The translations under genes were made by a program, and so were the position numbers. A stretch of 64,000 nucleotides of DNA, taken from positions 106,037 to 170,036 of the forward strand of contig CALERN010000023.1 in assembly GCA_937907575.1 (NCBI GenBank), in the 5' to 3' direction. Position 1 is the stretch's first letter, and every line of letters starts with the position of its first letter. Shown here piece by piece: positions 29,290-39,265 of this stretch. Source of the stretch: an uncultured Porphyromonadaceae bacterium (lineage in GTDB: Bacteria > Bacteroidota > Bacteroidia > Bacteroidales > Muribaculaceae). Under the pieces are notes generated by a model. That model was not told the DNA's origin. It saw nothing but the letters and a program-made list of their open reading frames with translations, and searched no databases.

Positions 29290-30489
29290 TCAGTCCACCT
29301 CCAGGTCGCGGTCAACTATGGTGTGCCAGGGCAGACCGTTCTGCGCCAGCGTCTCAAGGAACGGATCAGGGTCGAACTCCTCGACATTGCGCACGCCAGG
29401 CATGACCCACTTGCCGGTCAGGAACATCATCGCGCCCACCATGGCGGGAACGCCCGTGGTGTAGCTTACAGCCTGTGCGCCGGTCTCGCGGTATGCCTCC
29501 TCGTGCGAGCAGTTGTTGTAGATGTAGTATGTAGACGGCTTGCCCTCCTTGTTCAGGCCGCTGATGCGGCAGCCTATCGAGGTCTCGCCCGTATAGTTCT
29601 CGCCCAGAGTGCCAGGGTCGGGGAGGACAGCCTTCAGGAACTGTATGGGGACAATCTCCTGGCCGTTGTACATCACCGGGTCGATGCGGGCCATGCCGAT
29701 GTCCTGGATGCAGCGCAGGTGCGTCAGGTACTCCTGGCCGAATGTCATCCAGAAGCGGGCGCGGCGTATCGAGGGGAAGTTCAGCACCAGCGACTCCAGC
29801 TCCTCATGGTAGAGCAGGTACGACTCGCGCTCGCCGATGCCTGGGTATGTCAGCGGACGGTGTATCTCGAGGTTTTCGGTCTCGATCCACTTGCCGTCCT
29901 GCCAGTACTTGCCCTTCTGCGTTATTTCGCGTATGTTGATTTCCGGGTTGAAGTTCGTCGCGAATGCCTTGCCGTGGTTGCCCGCGTTGCAGTCCACGAT
30001 GTCGAGGTACGTCATCTCCGAGAAGTGGTGCTTGGCGGCGTAAGCCGTGAATACGGCGGAAACGCCAGGGTCGAAGCCGCAGCCCAGTATGGCTGTCAGC
30101 CCCGCCTTCTCGAAACGGTCGCGGTATGCCCACTGCCAGCTGTACTCGAAATGGGCTTCGTCCTTCGGCTCATAGTTGGCAGTGTCGAGGTAGTTGACCC
30201 CAGTCTGGAGGCACGCCTCCATTATCGTCAAGTCCTGGTACGGGAGAGCCACATTGATGCAGATGTCTGGGCGGTGGCGGCGGAACAGCTCCACCAGCTC
30301 CTCCACATTGTCGGCATCGACGCGGTCCGTAGTGATGTTGGACGCGCCGATCTTGCGGGCCAGTGCGTCACACTTATCCTTGGTGCGCGAGGCTATCACG
30401 ATGTCGGTGAACACCTCCGGGTGCTGTGCGCACTTGTGAGCCACCACGGTACCCACGCCGCCGGCTCCGATGATAAGAACTTTTCCCAT
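29290..30489 (-). CDS. Saccharopine dehydrogenase-family carboxy(nor)spermidine dehydrogenase
   Basis: IIGAGGVG, NVALPYQDL, YLDTANYE, GCGFDPG, FATNFNPEIN and QAVSYTTGVPA motifs. Confidence 0.93.
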   Translation of the reverse strand: MGKVLIIGAGGVGTVVAHKCAQHPEVFTDIVIASRTKDKCDALARKIGASNITTDRVDADNVEELVELFRRHRPDICINVALPYQDLTIMEACLQTGVNYLDTANYEPKDEAHFEYSWQWAYRDRFEKAGLTAILGCGFDPGVSAVFTAYAAKHHFSEMTYLDIVDCNAGNHGKAFATNFNPEINIREITQKGKYWQDGKWIETENLEIHRPLTYPGIGERESYLLYHEELESLVLNFPSIRRARFWMTFGQEYLTHLRCIQDIGMARIDPVMYNGQEIVPIQFLKAVLPDPGTLGENYTGETSIGCRISGLNKEGKPSTYYIYNNCSHEEAYRETGAQAVSYTTGVPAMVGAMMFLTGKWVMPGVRNVEEFDPDPFLETLAQNGLPWHTIVDRDLEVD

Positions 30490-30757
30490 TGTTATCTCCT
30501 GTGTGATGATAAAAACAGAGCCCAATAGAAGCTCGCTGCAAAATTACAAATAATATTTCGGATAAGGTCGTTTGCCAGCCCGAAATCGGCAAAAAATCGC
30601 CCTCACCATCCCCAAACGGCCCCTCGAAGACGAGCCAAGTGCTGCCAGCCTCAAGCAAAAGACTTGCGCGGCTCATCGAAAAATACTACCTTTGCACACC
30701 GACAAGTGCCGAAAAGTGTCGATTTTGGCACAAATCCGCACTTGTTTGTGTCATCAC

Positions 30758-32074
30758 ATGAAGATAGAACGCGACATAATCCACCAGTTCCGCGAATGGA
30801 AAACTGCGGAAAACCGCAAGCCGCTCCTGTTGAAAGGGGCGCGGCAGATAGGCAAAACCTGGGCAATGGAAGAGTTCGGGAGGGAATGTTTCGAGCATAC
30901 GGCGAAGTTCGATTTCGACCGTCAGCCGGAACTGCGCTCCGTATTTGCTGCTTCCAAAGAGCCTGCACGTATCATCCGCGAGCTGTCGCTGTACAGTGGT
31001 GTGCCGCTTCGGGAGGGGCGTACACTCCTCATTTTCGATGAGATACAGGAGTGCGAAGAGGCTCTGAATGCCCTGAAGTACTTCTGTGAGGACGCGCCCG
31101 GCTGGCACGTCATCGCTGCCGGCTCGCTGCTCGGTGTCGCCGTCAAGAAGCGGCGGATGACTGTCCCGGTGGGCAAGGTGCAGGTGATTAGGATGTATCC
31201 TATTTCATTCCGCGAGTTCCTGCGCAGCAGCGACCCCGCGACGTGCCAATACGTGGATGAAATCTGCGAGCCGGTACATCTGCCTGAAATAATCCTCAAC
31301 AAACTGAAGACGGAATACCGCCGCTATATGGTTTGCGGGGGCATGCCCGAGGCGGCTGTCGCCATGCTTGGCAACAAGGGTATGCAAGAGGTGGACGGCA
31401 TATTGCAGGGGATACTCGACATGTATGAACTCGACTTCGCCAAATATGCCGAGCCTCGCGAGATACCGCGCATACGCGCCGTCTGGCACTCGCTGCCGTC
31501 ACAGCTTGCAAAGGAGAACCGCAAGTTCATATACCGGGTTATCCGCAAGGGCGCACGCAGCCGAGACTACGAGGACGCGCTGCTGTGGCTTGAGGACGCG
31601 GGCATGGTGTATCGCGTCAACGCTATTACGAAGCCCGGAATGCCCCTGTCGGCATACGAAGAGCCGGACGTGTTCAAGGTATATGCCGGGGATTGCGGAC
31701 TGCTGCGCCGGCTTGCAGGGCTGCCCGCTGTTGTGGTCACGGATTCAGCAGCAAACTATACCGAGTTCAAAGGGGCTATGGCAGAGAACGCGGTATTGCA
31801 GAGCCTTGTGCCGGTATGCGGCGAGATGCCGCGCTACTGGTCGTCGGAAGGCAAGGCGGAGGTGGAATTTGTCCTGCAGTTAGGCAGCGACATAATCCCC
31901 ATCGAGGTCAAAGCCGAGAATTGTGTAAGCGGACGCAGCATAACGGTCTACAACGACAAATATCACCCGCGCCGCCGTGTGCGCTACTCAATGCTCAACC
32001 TTCAGGAAAACTGTGGAATGCTCGCGTGTCCCTCACCTCTGGCAGAGTGGTCGCTGCGCTGGCTTCGCGACTGA
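30758..32074 (+). CDS. AAA_14 ATPase + DUF4143 (nuclease-like) protein
   Basis: Walker A GARQIGKT, Walker B IFDEIQ, AAGS, GGMPE, AENAV and EVEF...PIEVK motifs; own promoter TACCTTTG at 30687-30694. Confidence 0.92.
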   Translation: MKIERDIIHQFREWKTAENRKPLLLKGARQIGKTWAMEEFGRECFEHTAKFDFDRQPELRSVFAASKEPARIIRELSLYSGVPLREGRTLLIFDEIQECEEALNALKYFCEDAPGWHVIAAGSLLGVAVKKRRMTVPVGKVQVIRMYPISFREFLRSSDPATCQYVDEICEPVHLPEIILNKLKTEYRRYMVCGGMPEAAVAMLGNKGMQEVDGILQGILDMYELDFAKYAEPREIPRIRAVWHSLPSQLAKENRKFIYRVIRKGARSRDYEDALLWLEDAGMVYRVNAITKPGMPLSAYEEPDVFKVYAGDCGLLRRLAGLPAVVVTDSAANYTEFKGAMAENAVLQSLVPVCGEMPRYWSSEGKAEVEFVLQLGSDIIPIEVKAENCVSGRSITVYNDKYHPRRRVRYSMLNLQENCGMLACPSPLAEWSLRWLRD

Positions 32075-32106
32075 CCGCCATCACACCTTAAGGACTGTGG
32101 CGGCGG

Positions 32107-32715
32107 TCAGCGGCCTTCGAGAGCGTCGATGGGGTTGAGGTAGAACATCTTCTTCCAGCCTTGACGCGCTTGGGAGTCGTATCGCCAGAAGTAGGGGATG
32201 GGTGTTGCCAGCCCATAGTGCAGGTGCGAGGGGGTGTTGGCGGCGTTGCCGGTGTTGCCGACTGTGCCGATCTGTGTGTTGTGGCCTACGATTGCGCCTG
32301 TCGTGGTGGTCACGGAGTCGAGGTGGGCATAGTAGTGTATGCGCCATTTCGGGCCGAGTATGCCTACGACTTTGCCTCCCTTGCCGGGCATGCTGCCGGC
32401 GTACAGCACGAGCCCCGGTGTGGCTGCGTATATGGGCGTCCCCTTGGGCGCGAAGATGTCCACGCCTTTGTGTGTCACGGACGTTCCCCACGGATAGTAC
32501 CAGAATGACTGCGGGTGATAGGAGTTCTTGGTAGCTCCCTCGACGGGCATCCTCATGTTCTGCGGCAGGAGGAAGCCTGTCAGGATTATCGCCCCGATGA
32601 CTGTCAGGGCTATTCTCCATCTTTTCCGGCGTTTACGCTTGTCTTTGGGCCGTTTCTTCCCGTGGTTGCCTGCGTTTTCAGGCCGTTGTTCAGTGTCGTT
32701 GTTCAGTTCTTCCAT
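32107..32715 (-). CDS. M23-family metallopeptidase
   Basis: HKGVD, YYAHL, GTVGNTGNA and HLH motifs; N-terminal TM anchor. Confidence 0.93.
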   Translation of the reverse strand: MEELNNDTEQRPENAGNHGKKRPKDKRKRRKRWRIALTVIGAIILTGFLLPQNMRMPVEGATKNSYHPQSFWYYPWGTSVTHKGVDIFAPKGTPIYAATPGLVLYAGSMPGKGGKVVGILGPKWRIHYYAHLDSVTTTTGAIVGHNTQIGTVGNTGNAANTPSHLHYGLATPIPYFWRYDSQARQGWKKMFYLNPIDALEGR

Positions 32716-32836
32716 GGTCGGAGTCCGTGTTTTGGTTTGATGTGCAAAAGTAATTAAAAATCCGTCACGAGCCAAGAGCTGAAGCGAAAAACGTTTTGGC
32801 GGAAGCCGATATGCATGGGCTGTGTACATATAATAA

Positions 32837-32866
32837 TAGGGTGTGCCGGAAGTGCGGCACACCCTG
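32837..32866 (-). terminator. Intrinsic terminator of the carboxylase gene
   Basis: TAGGGTGTGCCG / CGGCACACCCTG stem with an AT-rich tail on the minus strand. Confidence 0.75.
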
Positions 32867-32929
32867 TATGTTTGTCCTGAAGCTGGCGGCTCGTTGTCGC
32901 CAGTTACGGTTCAGGTCGTTGCGTGGTGA

Positions 32930-34930
32930 TTACTCAAACTCGATGAGAGCCTGGTCAGTGCCGATCACATCGTCTTCCTCGACGAGGATGCGTTTTACCA
33001 CACCAGCGATGTCGGACTTCAGGTCGTTCTCCATCTTCATGGCCTCGTACACGAGTACAGTGTCACCGGCATTGATCTTGTCGCCAACCTTTACGCAGAC
33101 CTCGAGCACCTTGCCGCCCATGGGAGCGCGGAGCACTTCGCCTGTGAATTCCTCTTCGGCAGCTTCTTCCTCAGCGGGAGCAGCGGCGGCAGCACCTGTA
33201 GCTGTGGCGTTCACCTGCACGTTGTGCTTGTTCTTGAGGTATGTCGCAGTCACTGACTGGAGCAGCTCGAGGAGCATGTGGTCAGCCTCGCCGGCACCGA
33301 GTTTCAGTCCGCCGAATTTGTCGATGAGGGCACCTGTCACCTTGAGGTCGATGTTCACGTCGCCGCAAGCGCAAGATGCAGTGTTGTTCTTTGCTTCGTA
33401 TTCCATTTTGCGTAGTTTTTTGAGGTATGTTGCAGCCACTTTTGGGAGGAGCTCCAGCAGGAGGTATTCCTCGTCGTTAGATGCGAGCTTCACGCCGCCG
33501 AACTTGTCGAGGACGGGGTTTTCGGGTTTCTTGTATGAGTTGACGTCATACTCGTATTCCTTGGCGTCGCCTGTGATGAGTTCGCGGAACTTGGGGTCAA
33601 CGGGGACGGGAGTCTTGCCGTACTGGCCTTTCACGAGGTCAACGAACTGGTTGTTCTTGTTGGTGTAGTCAGCGACACCCTTGCGGCGGTCGAGCGCGAG
33701 TGCCACGGCCTGTGAGCCTACGATCTGTGAAGTCGGGGTCACGAGGGGCACGAGGCCTGCGTCGCGGCGAACCTTCGGGATGAGGGCCATGGCCTCTTCC
33801 AGCACGTCCTCTGCGTTGAGGGCGCGGAGGTTGGCAACCATGTTGGAGTACATGCCGCCGGGGACCTCGGCGTTCTTGACGATCTCGTTGGGCTTGGGCA
33901 GGCCGAAGTAAGCCTCGATCTTGTGGCAAGCGTCGAGCAGGTCAGCCTCGCGGTTCTCCTTGGCAGCCTCGATGGCGCGGTCGAACTCGGCCTCGATGTC
34001 AGCCGGCATGGCTGCGAGAGCCTCGTCGAAGTCCTTGGGCCAGTTGTCCTTGTTGAGGTCGAACTCTGCGAGAGCCTTGCGGGCGTCCTTGAGCTCGTGG
34101 CGTATCTTTGCAACAGCGTCCATGTTAGCCTCAACCTCGACGCCGAGTTTCTGGCAGAAGATGTTGATAAGCTCGATAGAGGGGGCTGCAGAGCCGCCTC
34201 CGAACCACCAGATGTTGGTGTCAACGATGTCAACGCCGCGGATGATAGCTGTCAGCACTGAAGCCAGGCCGTAGCCAGGGGTGCAGTGAGTGTGGAAGTC
34301 AACGGGCACAGAGAGGGCTTCTTTCAGCTTCGGCATCAGGGTGTAGATGCGTGAGGGGCTTACGAGGCCGGCCATGTCCTTGAGGGTGATCATCTTCGCG
34401 CCGAGGCGTTCCATCTCCTTGGCCTTATCAACGAAGTATTCGTCGGTGAAGATTTTCTCGTTCTCGGGAGTGCCTTTGGGGTCAACGGTGTAGCAGACGG
34501 CAGCGTCAGCGATGCCGCCGAGCTCGTTGATGAGGCGGATAGACTCCTTTATGTTGTTGATGTCGTTGAGGGCGTCAAATATACGCATCACATTCAGACC
34601 GTTCTTGATAGCCTCCTTGTAGAAGCCTTCGAGCACCTGTCCGGGGTAGGGGACATATCCGAAGAGGTTTCTGCCGCGAGAGAGCGCGGAGAGCAGCGAG
34701 ATGCCTTTCATCTCCTTTGAGCAGGAGCGCAGGCGGTCCCAGGGGCTTTCGTCGAGGTAACGCATTACAGAGTCGGGTACTGCACCGCCCCATACTTCCA
34801 TGATGTAGAAGCGAGCGTCGCGGTAGAGCGGCAGCAGACGGTCGATGTTCTCCTGTTTCAGACGGGTCGCAAAGAGTGACTGCTGACCGTCGCGGAGAGT
34901 TAAGTCTCTGATTTGAAGTTTGTTAGTCAT
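32930..34930 (-). CDS. Pyruvate carboxylase subunit B / oxaloacetate decarboxylase alpha-type carboxyltransferase with biotin domain
   Basis: TLRDGQQSL, EVWGGA, LKDMAG, HTH metal ligands, VPGGMYSN and LVTPTSQIVG motifs; EAMKM biotin site. Confidence 0.93.
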   Translation of the reverse strand: MTNKLQIRDLTLRDGQQSLFATRLKQENIDRLLPLYRDARFYIMEVWGGAVPDSVMRYLDESPWDRLRSCSKEMKGISLLSALSRGRNLFGYVPYPGQVLEGFYKEAIKNGLNVMRIFDALNDINNIKESIRLINELGGIADAAVCYTVDPKGTPENEKIFTDEYFVDKAKEMERLGAKMITLKDMAGLVSPSRIYTLMPKLKEALSVPVDFHTHCTPGYGLASVLTAIIRGVDIVDTNIWWFGGGSAAPSIELINIFCQKLGVEVEANMDAVAKIRHELKDARKALAEFDLNKDNWPKDFDEALAAMPADIEAEFDRAIEAAKENREADLLDACHKIEAYFGLPKPNEIVKNAEVPGGMYSNMVANLRALNAEDVLEEAMALIPKVRRDAGLVPLVTPTSQIVGSQAVALALDRRKGVADYTNKNNQFVDLVKGQYGKTPVPVDPKFRELITGDAKEYEYDVNSYKKPENPVLDKFGGVKLASNDEEYLLLELLPKVAATYLKKLRKMEYEAKNNTASCACGDVNIDLKVTGALIDKFGGLKLGAGEADHMLLELLQSVTATYLKNKHNVQVNATATGAAAAAPAEEEAAEEEFTGEVLRAPMGGKVLEVCVKVGDKINAGDTVLVYEAMKMENDLKSDIAGVVKRILVEEDDVIGTDQALIEFE

Positions 34931-35046
34931 GAATTTATGTGATTTAAGTTTTTTGTTGGTTTTTCTGCTTCAAAATTAGACAATTATTCCGAGATGAGGA
35001 AAGGAAACTGCGGAAAATTTGCGGCCTTTTCTCCCTGCTTTGCCTG

Positions 35047-37512
35047 TCAGTCGAACATTCCCTCGATGTCCTCCGCATCTTCCGGCACTTCATCGTTTGC
35101 AGCAGGTGCGGCTGGCTGGTAGGTGTCGCCCCATGCCCCGTCGCAGGGCATATATCCTTCAGGGAACTCGAACTTGATGTCCTGCCGGTAGGGCAGCGAC
35201 TTGTCGGCAAACAGCTTCTGCATGAAGATGCCGAATATCGGCAGTGCCGAGCGTGCGCCTTGGCCTATGCTGCTGTTGTTGAAGTGGATATACCGCTCCT
35301 CGCCGCCTACCCACACGCCGACGACTATCTGCGGCGTGTAGCCCATATACCAGGCGTCGGAATTGTTGTTGGTCGTGCCGGTCTTGCCGCCCATCTCCGC
35401 CGAGATGTTGTATGCCGAGCGCAGGGCGCGGGCGGTGCCGTTGTTGACCACGTTCATCATCATCATCACCATGTCGTCGCAAGCGTCAGACGAAGTCACC
35501 TCCGTGCGGTGCGCGTTGGCGGAATATATCACGTTGCCCTGGTTGTCCTCGATGCGGCTGACGTAGACCGGGTTGACGCGGATGCCGTGGTTGGCGAATG
35601 TGGAGTATGCGCTGACCATCTCCGAAACCGGCGCGTCATACGAGCCGAGGGATATCGTGACGTTGCTCTCGATATAGCTCGTGATGCCGAACATGCGCAG
35701 CTTGTCTATGAACGGCGGCACGCCGAGCTCGTTGAGCAGGTTGGCTGATACACCGTTGTTTGACGATGTAAGAGCCTGTTTCAGCGTCATTGAGCCGGCA
35801 CGGCTGCCGCGAGGTGTCCACCCGCCGATGCTTGCGAAGGAGCTGACAGACGAGCACGGGTCTTTGCCCTGCTCCATGGCGAGGGTGTAGAGGAACGGCT
35901 TGGAGGTAGAGCCTATCTGCCGCTTGCCCCGCGAGGCCATGTCATACTGGAAATAGTTGAAGTCCGGGCCGCCGACGTATGCCTTGACGTAGCCTGTCAC
36001 CGGGTCCATGGCAATCATGCCGGTGCGCAGTATCGATTTCATGTACATCAGCGAGTCTCGCGGCGACATGGTGACAGTTTTCGTCCCCGGCTCGTAATGC
36101 CCGTTCTTCTTGACCCATGCGAACACCTCCATGCTGTACGGTGTTTTGAACGCCTTCTTGATTTCAGTCTCCGAAGCCCCTGCCTCCTTCATCGAGCGGT
36201 AGCGGGCTGTCTGCTTGATGGCCTTGTCGATTATGCCTTGCAGCGTCGAACCCGATATTTCGCCGTTGTTGGTGGAGTACGGCCCGTATTTCGAGCCGCG
36301 CTTCTCGGCGGTGAACGCCGGCTGCAACGTGCCGCCGAGGTGCTGGTATACAGCCTCTTCGGCATATTTCTGCATATTGAGGTCTATTGTGGTGTATATG
36401 CGCAGGCCGTCCTGGTACAGGTTGTAATGCGAGCCGTCCGGCTTCGGGTTCTTCTCAATCCAGCCGCAGAGCGGGTTTTCCTCCCACTGCACGGAGTCTG
36501 TGCGGTATGCGCTGAGCGCGATGGTGTATGCTGTCGAGCTGCCGTAGTCGCTGCGGTTCGGGCGTTTCGGCTTGGTCGCTGTCATGAGGCGGCGTATCTC
36601 CTCGCGCAGGTAGGGGGCTTCCCCCTCCTTGTGGTCTACACGGTGATAGTCCAGCCCCAGCGGCAGCTTCTTGATGCTGTCAGCCTCTGTAGCGGGGAGC
36701 TTGCCGGCCTTGACCATCTGGTCGATGACGACATTGCGGCGTTGCCGCACACGGTCTTCGTAGCGCAGCGGGTTGTAGTAGCTCGGGTTTTTCAGCATGC
36801 CGACGAGCATCGCCGCCTCCTCAACATTCAGGTCGCTCGGCTCTTTGCCGAAATACACGTTGGCGGCAGTTTTGATGCCTACGGCGTTGTTGAGGAAATC
36901 GAACCGGTTCAAGTACATATTGATGATTTCCTCCTTGGTGTAGAACCGCTCGAGCTTGATGGCGATCATCCACTCTATCGGCTTCTGCAGCGCACGCTTG
37001 AAAATGTTGGTAGAGGGCTGCGAATACAGCTGCTTGGCGAGCTGCTGGGTTATGGTGGAGCCGCCCCCCGACGACTTGTCGCGCATCAGTATGGTCTTGA
37101 TGACAGAGCGTGCTAGCGAGCGGAAGTCGATGCCGGAATGGCTCTCGAACCTCACGTCCTCGGTAGCGATGAGCGCGTCGATTACGTGTGGCGACACGTC
37201 CTTGTAGTCGCTGTATGTGCGGTTGCCCGCGCCCTCGAAATACCGTCCCATCTCGGTAGTGCCGTCGCCGGCGTAGATGACCGAGGCGAGCTTGTCATGC
37301 GGATCCTCGAGTTCCTCGATAGGGGGCATGTAGCCGATTACGCCGTTGTAGATGAGCAGCAGCAGCGTGGCTATGATGAAGCCTGTGCCGAGAAACGAAA
37401 TCCACATCCAGCGTATGATGCTCTGCTTGGCTGTGCGTTTCTTTCCCTTGGGGGCATCCGCGCCGCTGTCGCCGCTTTTCCGGGGAGACGGTTTTATGTT
37501 GAAAATCTTCAT
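35047..37512 (-). CDS. Class A penicillin-binding protein (PBP1a)
   Basis: ATEDVRF, GGSTITQQLAK, GSTSKPF (SxxK), SNN and KTGT motifs. Confidence 0.95.
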   Translation of the reverse strand: MKIFNIKPSPRKSGDSGADAPKGKKRTAKQSIIRWMWISFLGTGFIIATLLLLIYNGVIGYMPPIEELEDPHDKLASVIYAGDGTTEMGRYFEGAGNRTYSDYKDVSPHVIDALIATEDVRFESHSGIDFRSLARSVIKTILMRDKSSGGGSTITQQLAKQLYSQPSTNIFKRALQKPIEWMIAIKLERFYTKEEIINMYLNRFDFLNNAVGIKTAANVYFGKEPSDLNVEEAAMLVGMLKNPSYYNPLRYEDRVRQRRNVVIDQMVKAGKLPATEADSIKKLPLGLDYHRVDHKEGEAPYLREEIRRLMTATKPKRPNRSDYGSSTAYTIALSAYRTDSVQWEENPLCGWIEKNPKPDGSHYNLYQDGLRIYTTIDLNMQKYAEEAVYQHLGGTLQPAFTAEKRGSKYGPYSTNNGEISGSTLQGIIDKAIKQTARYRSMKEAGASETEIKKAFKTPYSMEVFAWVKKNGHYEPGTKTVTMSPRDSLMYMKSILRTGMIAMDPVTGYVKAYVGGPDFNYFQYDMASRGKRQIGSTSKPFLYTLAMEQGKDPCSSVSSFASIGGWTPRGSRAGSMTLKQALTSSNNGVSANLLNELGVPPFIDKLRMFGITSYIESNVTISLGSYDAPVSEMVSAYSTFANHGIRVNPVYVSRIEDNQGNVIYSANAHRTEVTSSDACDDMVMMMMNVVNNGTARALRSAYNISAEMGGKTGTTNNNSDAWYMGYTPQIVVGVWVGGEERYIHFNNSSIGQGARSALPIFGIFMQKLFADKSLPYRQDIKFEFPEGYMPCDGAWGDTYQPAAPAANDEVPEDAEDIEGMFD

Positions 37513-37640
37513 TCAGTCCAAAGTGTATGCCCGGGCGTTGCCCTCGGACAGTGAAACAAAAAGTCGGACGGTTCAATAGGCCTTCTGCAGGGGTATTATT
37601 CACTGCAAATTAGGCATATAATGCGTCACCTGCAAAATTA

Positions 37641-37684
37641 GGAAAAATATCGCAGACAGCACGCACTGCCCGCGATATTTTTCC
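37641..37684 (-). terminator. Hairpin terminator downstream of the T9SS-cargo gene
   Basis: GGAAAAATATCGC / GCGATATTTTTCC 13-bp inverted repeat. Confidence 0.65.
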
Positions 37685-37735
37685 ATTGCCGGCAGCGGAA
37701 ACGGCTGTTTCCGCGCCCGCTGGAGTCGTTGAGAC

Positions 37736-39067
37736 TTATTTCACGATTACTTTGGCTGTCTTGCCGTTGTATCTTACCACATAGATGCCGGCGGGGAGGT
37801 TGTCGCTGCCGGTCTGGAAGCCGGAGAGGTTGAAGATTTCGGCTCCGGCCGGGGCCTCGATAGTGCCGATGCCGCCGCGTACCATGATGCCGTCAGCCTC
37901 GATGCCTTCCACGCCGTTGGTCTTGTCGGCTATCCCGTCGGCGAGTTTGCCAGTCCATGTGGATGTCACGGTGTTTCCTTCAGGTGTGGTGAAATTGACG
38001 TCGATGGTGTATTCGCCCTCTCCAGCAGCCTTGGAAATCGTGATTGTGCCGCCTGTGGCAAGCCCAGTCAATTCAGGTTTTGACAGGTCGGCCGCATTGT
38101 AGACTGACAGGTATGTGCCTACTGCGACATATGTGGTGCCGAACATCGGATACCATGTGCCTTGCATGAAGACTCCGGGCTTGCTCCCGAGCTTCAATGC
38201 ATCGTAGGCGGTGTAGGTCTGGCACAGTTCGTTGAAGTCGGCGTGTTCCGTCTCGTCAGTGAACAGCTGCATGCTGATGAGGTCACCCCCGCCGTCTATC
38301 CAGCCGTCTTTATCCAGCGGAGTATTGTACAATACAACATTGTATGAGCCTTTACCGTCGTAGCGTCCGGATATTTTCGTGTCGGTGACATTGCGGTCAC
38401 CGCCCAGCGGAGTGTACCCGAAGTAGAATACGTACGGGATTTCGCCTGTGTATGTGGCCTTGCACAGTACTCCGCCTTCTCCGCTGTTTGATGTGCAGTT
38501 CTCCCAAACCAGGTCAACGGTGTATTTGCCGTCGCCGTTGTCTGTTATCTCAACGTAGCCTGAGGTGGGAGAAGACCACTGGTATCCGACCAGTTCGCCG
38601 CTTTCGGGATTGTCCGGGTTGAGGAACACGTCCATGAACGTTGAAGATTCTGATTCAACTGTGCCGCTGGTGTATTCGTAGTTTTCGGTAATGTGCACAG
38701 GGAACTTTCCAGTCGGCAGTTTCGGATTGCTTTCATCTTCGGGCGGCGGGGCCAGCAGGTAGATGCGGGCCATTTGCCCATCGTGTGTGGGCATCGTTTT
38801 GTCCAGACCCGCGCTTGAGAGCATCAGCCAATAGCTGCCCACGCCGTTTGAGAATGTGCCGGCCGGGCAGAAGTTGGCCTCGGTGGCAGTGAACTCAGTC
38901 GTTGGGTTTTCCGCTGAACGGAGGGGCGACTTGAGGGGGTTGCTTACGGTTTCGACACGCCCGTTTGTGACGCGCGTCTTGGTGGACAGAGCCTGCGGCG
39001 TTGCACTTGTTGCTGTGAGCGAGCATACGCATAATGCCGCGAACATTGCAGGTAGGTATTTTTTCAT
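37736..39067 (-). CDS. Secreted protein with a T9SS-type C-terminal sorting domain, function unknown
   Basis: Signal peptide MKKYLPAMFAALC; C-terminus EIFNLSG...LPAGIYVVR...TAKVIVK; TAACTTTG promoter at 39161-39168. Confidence 0.8.
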   Translation of the reverse strand: MKKYLPAMFAALCVCSLTATSATPQALSTKTRVTNGRVETVSNPLKSPLRSAENPTTEFTATEANFCPAGTFSNGVGSYWLMLSSAGLDKTMPTHDGQMARIYLLAPPPEDESNPKLPTGKFPVHITENYEYTSGTVESESSTFMDVFLNPDNPESGELVGYQWSSPTSGYVEITDNGDGKYTVDLVWENCTSNSGEGGVLCKATYTGEIPYVFYFGYTPLGGDRNVTDTKISGRYDGKGSYNVVLYNTPLDKDGWIDGGGDLISMQLFTDETEHADFNELCQTYTAYDALKLGSKPGVFMQGTWYPMFGTTYVAVGTYLSVYNAADLSKPELTGLATGGTITISKAAGEGEYTIDVNFTTPEGNTVTSTWTGKLADGIADKTNGVEGIEADGIMVRGGIGTIEAPAGAEIFNLSGFQTGSDNLPAGIYVVRYNGKTAKVIVK

Positions 39068-39199
39068 CTGTTTTGTTGTAGAAGCCGTTTGTGTGACATT
39101 GTGAAGACGCGAGTGAGCCGGCTTCTGTTTTACTGTCTCGCACTCCGTGAATTGTTGCCGCAAAGTTATTCAGATGCCGTTTTCTGTTGCAAGTTTTTA

Positions 39200-39219
39200 T
39201 GGGGTACATTTGGGGTACA
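39200..39219. promoter_or_regulatory. Direct repeat TGGGGTACA x2 (11-bp period), candidate LuxR-HTH binding site
   Basis: Copies at 39200-39208 and 39211-39219 in the divergent intergenic region. Confidence 0.55.
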
Positions 39220-39265
39220 AATGATGATGATGTGCAGTTTCCGCGATTTTTTGTAACTTTACGGC

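Noticed and set aside
32072..32109. Palindrome joining the stop codons of two convergent genes
   Set aside because: Best explained as an ordinary bidirectional terminator.
20217..37512. Many long antisense or alternate-frame ORFs (e.g. 22384-23262, 29230-30528, 36097-37116)
   Set aside because: Shadow ORFs expected from high-GC3 codon usage opposite well-supported genes.
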